Shown one piece after another: positions 30,820 to 37,953 of a stretch of 64,000 nucleotides of DNA. Within the stretch, counting starts at the first letter, position 1. Each line of letters begins with the position of its first letter. The translations under genes were made by a program, and so were the position numbers. This DNA is from Candidatus Borrarchaeum weybense (lineage in GTDB: Archaea; Asgardarchaeota; Sifarchaeia; Borrarchaeales; Borrarchaeaceae): NCBI GenBank assembly GCA_019057385.1, contig JAHQJS010000006.1:837038-901037 (forward strand), in the 5' to 3' direction. The notes under the pieces are model-generated. The model was not told where the DNA came from and did no database searches. It was given only the letters and a program-made list of their open reading frames with translations.

Positions 30820-31815
30820 ATGAGCTACTTTGAAGTCACCCCAGACATTGTACGTGTAGTAGGCGATGAGTCTATAGAAGACGAAATTAACGCCTGTTAC
30901 ATCATATTCGATAGTGAAATCGCAATAATAGACTCTGGAACACCCCAAACTCCCAAAAACGATATTTTGAACTGTATTGGGGACTATGGAAGAAACGCAG
31001 AGGATGTCGCTTACATTTTAACAACACACGAACACTACGATCATTTTGGTGCTCATGCGTGGTTGAAAAAGAAAACTAACGCTAAGATAGTTGCTCATCA
31101 AAAAGCAGAAGCGACACTTTCAAATCCCAAAAAATTAAGTACAGATCATTATATGCTCGGAAAGAGCGATAAATTTATGCTTTCCTTCTATGGCTCACCC
31201 ACTGATCGTTTACATGCTTGTAATGTTGATCAAACCGTCGAGGATGGCGATACAATATCTTTTGGAAATATTGATTTAGAAGTTATCTACACAGGTGGAC
31301 ATTGTGCGGGACATGTCTTCTACTATGAGCCACGAAGTAAAGCGATTTTTATTGGCGATGAAGCATTGATGTATCCTGGAGATAGTTATAAGTATTATAT
31401 CGATTTCACGGGTGATGCGTCAAGGCGATTCAAAGCATTAAAAGGGTTACTTAACATGAATTGGAAATTGTTATGCCCAATTCACGATGAGGCGTATATG
31501 AAAACCGATGGGATGGAAATGTTGAGAATGGCAATTGACGGGCACAAGCAATGGAATCAAACTATTATCGATGTATTAAATGAATATGGAAAAGAGATGT
31601 CAACAGGTAAACTAGCCAGAGAAGCGGAGGAAAGAATGGGCATCTCATGGGGACCTCAAATGAGCCGATTAATCGACCATTCCACAGTATATATGCATCT
31701 CTTAGCGCTGAAAAAGGCTGGTAAGGTTGACGGAAGAGGCGAATACGATAAAGCAAGATGGAAATTATCAGCAGAAGCACTTTTGGAAGAATTTGACTCA
31801 GAATTAGCATTCTAA
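30820..31815 (+). CDS. MBL-fold metallo-hydrolase with C-terminal winged helix
   Basis: IDSG, THEHYDH, GHCAGH, IGD; GGAGG RBS before 30820. Confidence 0.88.
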   Translation: MSYFEVTPDIVRVVGDESIEDEINACYIIFDSEIAIIDSGTPQTPKNDILNCIGDYGRNAEDVAYILTTHEHYDHFGAHAWLKKKTNAKIVAHQKAEATLSNPKKLSTDHYMLGKSDKFMLSFYGSPTDRLHACNVDQTVEDGDTISFGNIDLEVIYTGGHCAGHVFYYEPRSKAIFIGDEALMYPGDSYKYYIDFTGDASRRFKALKGLLNMNWKLLCPIHDEAYMKTDGMEMLRMAIDGHKQWNQTIIDVLNEYGKEMSTGKLAREAEERMGISWGPQMSRLIDHSTVYMHLLALKKAGKVDGRGEYDKARWKLSAEALLEEFDSELAF

Positions 31816-32494
31816 ACAATTCACAAAAATTGACACACTTTTTTTTAATAGAAAATACAGATTTTCTTCCCATTGCTACAGATTTTCTTTCAATTGTGAT
31901 GATGAATTAAGATTAATTTAGAAACAAACTTTGAAAAGCTTTAAAAACCAATGATCAACCAATTCCGCTTACCATATATTATTAGGTGAATAAAATTCAG
32001 GTCACAGAACATATTCATGCTATAAAGATCCCTTTTCAAATAAGGACTAAATTGGGTACAGTCGATCGATTCGTTTACGATAACTAAGCAAGAAAGCACC
32101 ACAGCTTCATCGTGGTGATGAATTGCGGTAGATGTGTATGTTCACTTTCATCAGGGGGTCTGTTAACATTTAATACTGGTGTGCCTTACATATTGTGATG
32201 ACTATCTAGTGGCAGGCAGCAAGGCAGGCAGGGAGAGCTACATACACAACTAAGACTTGTGGTAGAGTCACAACTCAGACTATGTTATCTGCTGCATTCG
32301 GAGGGATACTACGCACACTTGAAACAAAGGTACATACTCCATTAGAGTGCAGTCGATAACATTGAGAGCGTTTGCATCATCTACGGCAGGCTGGAAATTG
32401 ACGCCTGTAAAGTTGAGCCATCCGTACACTAGAAGCCTGAGACCCTCATCACCTCACAATCTTCAATCGACGACGAGGAGGAGGAGCACATCAT

Positions 32495-33778
32495 ATGATC
32501 GGTTCCAAAAATGAAGCCATCAAGGCCAGTTTGAAAGCCACCAAAGCGCGACGCATGCACCAGAGCTGCCGGGTGTTCATGGTCAAACTAGACAAGTCGC
32601 ATCTTAATACGGAAACGCTACATCATCTAAGGATGCTGTTTCTGGAGGCTAAATGGCTGTACAACCATATCCTGGGCCAGCCTAATGTGTTTGAGATGGA
32701 CTATAAACTCTCAGCAGTACCTGTCAAAGTGAAAGACACGTTTGAACTCCGTCACCTGAGCCAGTTATCCTCACATATGAAACAAAGTTTGATTACGCGG
32801 ACCAGGGATAATATTCGAGGGTTGGCACGCTTAAAAGAACACGGGCGAAACATTGGCAGCCTCAAATTCAAGAGTCGTGTCGATTCAATCCCCTTGAAAC
32901 AATACGGCAATACCTATCGCCTACTGAATGCTAAGTATCTCAGAATACAAGGCATCACACAACAACTACGGGTCAATGGCTTAGCACAAATTCCTCGTGG
33001 AAGTGAGCTGGCGAATGCCACCCTAATTCAGAGACATGGTGACTATTATGTGGCCATTACTACCTATCAGGTGAAGGAACAAAAAACACCGCCACCCGAC
33101 AAAACGGTGGGCATTGATTTCGGTCTGAAAACGCAATTGACGCTTTCAGACGGGATCGCTATCCGATACTCGATCCTCCTAAGCCTCAGCAAACGCCTCA
33201 GAAAACTACATCAGCAGTTAAGCAGACAACAGTATCGCAGCAACAACTGGTATCACACTAGACGCCAACTGGAAAAAGCCTATGCCACTCTCAATAATAT
33301 CAAGACAGATATCAAGAACAAACTAGTCCACTATCTACAGGCGACGTATGGAATCGTCTGCTATCAGGATGAGAACCTCAAAGCTTGGCAACGATTATGG
33401 GGCAGTAAAATCTTATCAACGGCACTCGGAGGGATCATACGCACACTTGAAACAAAGGTGCAGACTCCGATTAAAGTCGATAGGTTTTTCCCTTCCACCA
33501 AAACCTGTTCGCGCTGCGGGAACATCCGGGAAATAGGATTGGATGAACGAGTCTATATCTGTCCAGTCTGTAGGTTAGTGATTGACAGAGACTTCAATTC
33601 AAGTGTTAATCTAGAACACGAAGGGTTAACACAACAAGTGGTACCTACGGGACGTAGGGATGTTAAGCCTGTGGAGACTGAATCCTCTACTATGGCATCG
33701 CTGGAATACTTAAATGGTATTCCCTATGTGATAGCAAGTTCGGTCGTCGAAGCAGGAAGCCTCACAGCTTTAGCGTGA
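32495..33778 (+). CDS. tnpB: TnpB RNA-guided nuclease family protein
   Basis: RuvC-I VGIDFG, RuvC-II region YQDENL, Zn finger STKTCSRCG...CPVC, RuvC-III DRDFNSS. Confidence 0.95.
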   Translation: MIGSKNEAIKASLKATKARRMHQSCRVFMVKLDKSHLNTETLHHLRMLFLEAKWLYNHILGQPNVFEMDYKLSAVPVKVKDTFELRHLSQLSSHMKQSLITRTRDNIRGLARLKEHGRNIGSLKFKSRVDSIPLKQYGNTYRLLNAKYLRIQGITQQLRVNGLAQIPRGSELANATLIQRHGDYYVAITTYQVKEQKTPPPDKTVGIDFGLKTQLTLSDGIAIRYSILLSLSKRLRKLHQQLSRQQYRSNNWYHTRRQLEKAYATLNNIKTDIKNKLVHYLQATYGIVCYQDENLKAWQRLWGSKILSTALGGIIRTLETKVQTPIKVDRFFPSTKTCSRCGNIREIGLDERVYICPVCRLVIDRDFNSSVNLEHEGLTQQVVPTGRRDVKPVETESSTMASLEYLNGIPYVIASSVVEAGSLTALA

Positions 33779-33788
33779 GGTAGTTCAC
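33641..33788 (+). ncRNA. TnpB omegaRNA (reRNA/sotRNA) 3' scaffold overlapping the end of tnpB; guide is the flank after 33788
   Basis: CCTACG-GGA-CGTAGG hairpin, AAGCCTGTGGAG, GAAGCAGGAAGCC and terminal hairpin, all retained in the mini-elements. Confidence 0.75.
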
Positions 33789-34621
33789 GTATATCTTATT
33801 TATGACAAAGAGATCTATCTCATCGATAGTGGGGTTGCCTCTTCAGAGTTGGTGATTTTTGATTATATAAAGAAGACTGGTCGTGCCCCTGAAGAAATCT
33901 CTCAGGTTATTTTAACTCATTCTCATCCAGATCATATTGGAGCAGTACAAGCCATAAAAAAAGCATCAGGCTGTACAGTTGCAGCGCATTTAGGTGAAAA
34001 ATCATGGATCGAAGATATTGAACAACAACATAGGGATCGTCCGATCCCAAATTTCCATTCCATTGTGGGGGGATCTGTTAATATTGATAAAATTCTTGAA
34101 GATGGAGATGTTCTAGAATTAGGGGATATCAGATTAGAGGTGTTCCACACACCAGGCCATTCAAAAGGATCAATCTCGCTCTTGCTTCACGAAGATAAGG
34201 CACTTCTCGCTGGAGATGTAATTCCTCTCGCTGGAAGTATCCCTATCTATGAGGATGTCTTGGCATCTGTTAGATCTATCAAGAAATTGAGGAGTATTGA
34301 GGGTCTTGATGTCCTGCTTACCTCCTGGGATAACCCTAGGAAGGGCAATGAAGTTTATCGAATGATGGATGAAGGATTAAGCTATCTTCAACGCATTCAT
34401 GAGATTGTCATCAAGATTTCAGGTGAGACTACTACACTCACGTCAGAGGAATGGAGCAAACAAATTCTAACAGAATTGGGCCTACCCCCGATAGTTGCTA
34501 ATCCTCTCATCATTAAATCACTCAAAGCACATTTAAAGGCGCGTGATCATCAGAATTTACTGCAGAACTAATATCAGACTCTACCCGTGTTGTAAATTTC
34601 CCAAATTGAGAGCTGTTTATT

Positions 34622-34921
34622 ATGTCAGTGTATCTAATAATCGAAATCAAAGTCAAGGACAATGAATTGTATTCCAAATATGTAGAAAAAGTACCCGAAG
34701 TCATTGAAAGTTACGGTGGTCGATATTTGATCAGAGGTGGAGAAGTAACTTCATTCTCAGGCAATTGGTATCCCGAAAGGATTATTTTAATAGAATTTGA
34801 AACAATTGAGCAGTTACAGAACTGCTTTCAATCAGATGAATATCTTAAACTTTCATCGCTTCGGAAGCAGTCGACTATTTCGAAAGCAATTATAGTTGAG
34901 GGTTACGTATCGCCTGAATAG
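34622..34921 (+). CDS. DUF1330 family protein
   Basis: YGGRYLIRGG, ILIEFE, SDEY....LR pattern. Confidence 0.85.
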   Translation: MSVYLIIEIKVKDNELYSKYVEKVPEVIESYGGRYLIRGGEVTSFSGNWYPERIILIEFETIEQLQNCFQSDEYLKLSSLRKQSTISKAIIVEGYVSPE

Positions 34922-35090
34922 TCAGCAAACTCTCAATTTTTTACGGTTCACTGCTAAACTGTGTATAGCGAGATGTTAATAAGAGATATATGGCGAAAAG
35001 TTTATACGTACTAGAGTTGTTGTATAAAATCTACCTGCAAGCAATTACAGTTGCATCCGCAGGTTGCTAGAACGCCCCTTAAAGTTGGTA

Positions 35091-35560
35091 CCCCTGGTAG
35101 CTCAATCTGGTAGTATCCCTAGGTAATCCTAGGTGACCCCAAGAGCGGCGGGCTGTAGTTAGCATTCATGAAAATAAAGATGTATGAATGTCAGCCCTTA
35201 CGAGTAGCTAAGCAAGAAAGCATCAGTGCTTCAGCGTAGATGAATTGCGTGAGTATGGATTCACTTTCATCACTTATAGAGGAGTCCCCCTAATAGTTAT
35301 AAGGTGGTATGACAAAGAGAGTGACGGCAATTGGAGGGATAATACGCACACTTGTCTACAAGGTGCATACTCCGATGCCATCAAGATGGTTAACAGTACC
35401 TACGGGGCGTAGGGAATTTAAGCCTGTGGAGATACGACCTCCGTAACCCGTCAAGGGGATCGAGTCCGTCGTTGAAGCAGGAAGCCTCATTGCTTTAGCA
35501 CGAGGTAGCTCACTCGCAGATACCCGTTGGTTGCTGGTTCAAATCCGGCCCAGGGGACCA
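35091..35560 (+). tRNA. tRNA-Tyr(GTA) with two introns (D-loop, about 35113-35142; canonical 37/38, 35159-35521) and encoded CCA
   Basis: Spliced sequence CCCCTGGTAGCTCAATCTGGTAGAGCGGCGGGCTGTAG^ACCCGTTGGTTGCTGGTTCAAATCCGGCCCAGGGGACCA folds into a full cloverleaf: acceptor CCCCTGG/CCAGGGG, anticodon GTA at 35155-35157, T-arm GCTGG-TTCAAAT-CCGGC. Splice helix CTGT/GCAG with AG^T and AT^A bulges. Confidence 0.93.
35202..35513 (+). mobile_element. Family A IS200/IS605 omegaRNA mini-element inside the tRNA-Tyr anticodon-loop intron
   Basis: CTTAC|GAGTAGCTAAGCAAGAAAGC... left end and ...GAAGCAGGAAGCCTCATTGCTTTAGCACGAGGTAGCTCAC right end; colinear with the copy at 1724-2038. Confidence 0.92.
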
Positions 35561-35576
35561 TCTACTTATTTTAAAT

Positions 35577-35598
35577 CAGGTTCTCTTAAGAGAACCTG
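35577..35598. other. Perfect 22-bp palindrome just downstream of the tRNA
   Basis: CAGGTTCTCTTAAGAGAACCTG is its own reverse complement. Confidence 0.7.
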
Positions 35599-35718
35599 CA
35601 TCTTAGTTTTAATCAGCCCTTTGCAAGCATCCTTTTTCAAGAGATTATAGAAAAAAACAATTTTTTTATACTCAGCTGTCTGTTATGAATATGAGTGACA
35701 AAAAGAGGTAATCTAAAA

Positions 35719-35976
35719 GTCAACTACCCCATCCTTACGGGTAGGGGCTTGTTCACACAAGTCTCTTAGTTGATTAGAGGGCATCTCATCTTGAGATGCA
35801 GCAGTTGTTTAGGTCATGACACCCTGGGGTGCTCCACTAGCCCCCTGCTCTGTCGTCGGTGGTTAAAAGTTCTGAGGGGTAGGAACGGTGCTGCCGACCT
35901 AATAAGCCTTTACAACAGTCTCGAAGTGGACCAACTCCCTAGTGTTGGGAGCGACGGGACTTGAGAGTACCCGTCA
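35719..35976 (+). ncRNA. HEARO / IscB omegaRNA scaffold
   Basis: GTCAACT...AGTTGAT closing stem, GTCATGACACCCTGGGGTGCTCCACTAGCCCC..GCTCTGTCG, GGTTAAAAGTTCTGAGGGGTAGGAACGGTG, CTCGAAGTGGA (complementary to TCCACT), terminal hairpins; recognised from memory of the HEARO consensus. Confidence 0.85.
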
Positions 35977-36079
35977 TTAAAACACCGCCTCCTGTCCTCA
36001 TAGAAGGGGTGGTTAAATGAACCTTCCCTTCTCTCCTCTCCGTCTTAATAAAGTGACGGAGTCTACTTGAGGTGTAAAA
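35719..36079 (+). mobile_element. Non-autonomous IscB-type IS200/IS605 element consisting of a stand-alone omegaRNA
   Basis: Begins GTCAACTACCCC-hairpin-GGGGCTTG; ends with a CTCCGTC..GACGGAG hairpin + TCTACTTGAGGTGTAAAA directly before ATGA; no iscB ORF. Confidence 0.8.
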
Positions 36080-36622
36080 ATGAGTTACTGCCCTTATTGT
36101 GGCGAAAGTATTAAGCCATCCGATTTACGTGACAATCAATGTCCTAACTGTGGTGCTTATTTGGATACTGAACCGCTCGCGACACCCCCAACACCCCCAA
36201 CACCTCCACTACCTCCACCATCACAGCCTACTACAACTTATGCCCCTCCCCCACCGCCAGCTGTCATCCCAAAAGCAGGTAGACCAATAGGAGTTAGTTT
36301 TATTGCTATTATAACTATCCTCGAAGGCATTGTATTTCTGGGTACTGGTGGAATTATTGCATTGGCGGGAGGAGTAGTAGATGAACTCTGGATTGCTGCA
36401 CTCGGTGTTTTTATCTTGATCTTTGGTCTAATCTTCATAGCGCTTGGGTCTGGTCTTTGGAATTTGCGGTCTTGGGCATGGTGGCTAACTATCATCTTTG
36501 AAATCCTTGGAATCATTGGCACTTTGATTTTAACATTAGCTATTGGAGCTGCCTTTATTCTGACTGTTATCTCAGCGATTGTCTTGGTATATCTGTTGAC
36601 AGTGAAGAAATACTTCCATTAA
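36080..36622 (+). CDS. Zinc-ribbon, proline-rich, four-TM membrane protein
   Basis: CPYCG..CPNCG, poly-Pro linker, RPIGV followed by TM helices, GLWNLRSWAW. Confidence 0.82.
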   Translation: MSYCPYCGESIKPSDLRDNQCPNCGAYLDTEPLATPPTPPTPPLPPPSQPTTTYAPPPPPAVIPKAGRPIGVSFIAIITILEGIVFLGTGGIIALAGGVVDELWIAALGVFILIFGLIFIALGSGLWNLRSWAWWLTIIFEILGIIGTLILTLAIGAAFILTVISAIVLVYLLTVKKYFH

Positions 36623-36689
36623 TCTTATTTTTTAAAAACGGTATCCTTTTTCTCAATTTTTTTTCAAGAATTCTGAAAGGAAATATTTT

Positions 36690-36932
36690 TCAGCCAAAAG
36701 TTTCGCGAAGAATCTTCATTGCTTTATCGATAGTTTTATCCTCTAATTCCTTAGCTTTAGCATAATGTTCTTCGCAGAACCATTCTGCATATGGTGGATG
36801 CCCAACCATTCCCTTTTTTTCCATCTTGGTGTCCCATTCAATGTCTGAAGGTCGTTTCTTAAAATAAACGAGCCCACCTTTTTCGAGATCTAGAAAATCT
36901 TTGTCACAGATAGCACAAATTGGAGGTCTCAT
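36690..36932 (-). CDS. Small putative Zn-binding protein
   Basis: MRPPICAIC...GHPP..EWFCEEH; AGGTG RBS before 36932. Confidence 0.7.
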   Translation of the reverse strand: MRPPICAICDKDFLDLEKGGLVYFKKRPSDIEWDTKMEKKGMVGHPPYAEWFCEEHYAKAKELEDKTIDKAMKILRETFG

Positions 36933-37022
36933 ATCAACACCTTTTGAATCAAAATAATAAAAATATACCATGAAAATAGCATCGATCGATTGTTAAAAGA
37001 TATTCTCACGTTTGATTCAACG

Positions 37023-37931
37023 CTATGGTTTTAAAATTTTTCTCCTTATCTTTTCTCTGATTTTTAGACGTTTTTCAGCCACTAGGAGTCCAATAGCAAT
37101 TGCTACAGTCACAGCTATAGTAATTCCAATCGTTAGATATGGTGCCATTTCCCACAAATCCAACAATGTGAATGGAATCGGTCTCATAATATAGACTGGA
37201 AACGCTCTTGTTTGACTGAGACTTTGGTCATCCTGAGTCCAAGTTATCTGAAGTTCTAGTTCTCTTTCGCCGGTAGCTACGCTTGGACTTATGTCGATTT
37301 CAAAGAATGCAGACACCGTTTCATTTGCTTTCACGTTTCCTAGGTAATCCACAATTTTTCCAGAAATATCGTTTCCTCCCCTTAATTGGACTGTTACATC
37401 TTCAGCTTCTACGCTTGCATTGTTTAGAATCCACACTTGCAATTCTATGTCATTCTCGCCAGCTGTTACGGTGTATGGTTCAACTTTCACAAATTCCCAT
37501 TGAACTTTGTCTGAAATTCTGAATGGAATTGATACTGATTCTTCCTCATCGTCACCAAATTCGATTTTGCATTTGATGTTATAACTTCCAGCTTCCGCGT
37601 AATCAACAATATCCACGTAAAAAGTTAATTGAACGCTTTGCTCTGCCGAAATCTCATTGAAATATTGCTCTGTTGCGCCTTCATAACTTGGCAATAGGAA
37701 TTTCGGTAATTTCAATGAGATATCCACATCTCTAGCCCTTCTGGTGCCATTATTTTGAATTTCTGCGTTGATCTGAACGTCTCTATTCCCTGGGAAGACT
37801 TTTATTGGACTGTATGACGATTTTAGTAGAACAAAATCTGGATCATCAACTTGACTAGAAGGGGAACAGTAACAAGATAAAACAATAAGTGCTGTTAAGA
37901 GCGCTATCGAAAGATATTTCTGCTTATTCAT
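37023..37931 (-). CDS. COG1361 S-layer/CARDB-like membrane-anchored protein
   Basis: Signal peptide, two Ig-like repeats, C-terminal TM + basic tail; paralog of 37954-38823. Confidence 0.75.
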   Translation of the reverse strand: MNKQKYLSIALLTALIVLSCYCSPSSQVDDPDFVLLKSSYSPIKVFPGNRDVQINAEIQNNGTRRARDVDISLKLPKFLLPSYEGATEQYFNEISAEQSVQLTFYVDIVDYAEAGSYNIKCKIEFGDDEEESVSIPFRISDKVQWEFVKVEPYTVTAGENDIELQVWILNNASVEAEDVTVQLRGGNDISGKIVDYLGNVKANETVSAFFEIDISPSVATGERELELQITWTQDDQSLSQTRAFPVYIMRPIPFTLLDLWEMAPYLTIGITIAVTVAIAIGLLVAEKRLKIREKIRRKILKP

Positions 37932-37953
37932 TTGTCATTTCCTCCTTCCTAAC

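Larger units (their letters stand above)
32079..33788 (+). mobile_element. IS200/IS605-family (IS1341-type, tnpB-only) insertion sequence, family A
   Basis: Inserted 3' of TTTAC with no target duplication; left end GCAAGAAAG-CACCAC..GTGGTG hairpin; right end GAAG-CCTCAC..GTGAGG-TAGTTCAC; boundaries fixed by the restored host reading frame. Confidence 0.95.
31986..34571 (+). pseudogene. MBL-fold metallo-hydrolase interrupted by the IS200/IS605 tnpB element (pieces 31986-32078 and 33789-34571)
   Basis: Joining the flanks gives the uninterrupted frame ...HAIKIPFQIRTKLGTVDRFVY|VYLIYDKEIYLIDSGVASSELVIFDY...THSHPDH...TPGHSKGS...GD. Confidence 0.92.

Noticed and set aside
32130-32494. tnpA gene upstream of tnpB
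   Set aside because: No ORF with HUH/Y1 motifs was seen on either strand; the region matches the tnpB 3' end instead.
32073-33791. The tnpB element as an IStron or BHB-spliced intron of the MBL gene
   Set aside because: The 5' flank ends in C and the element ends in C, whereas group I introns need U and a terminal G. No group I core was seen. The nucleotides that would form the 4-bp BHB helix (GTTT/GTTC) do not pair.
35770-35964. 64-aa ORF
   Set aside because: It lies within the HEARO/omegaRNA scaffold and has no IscB motifs.
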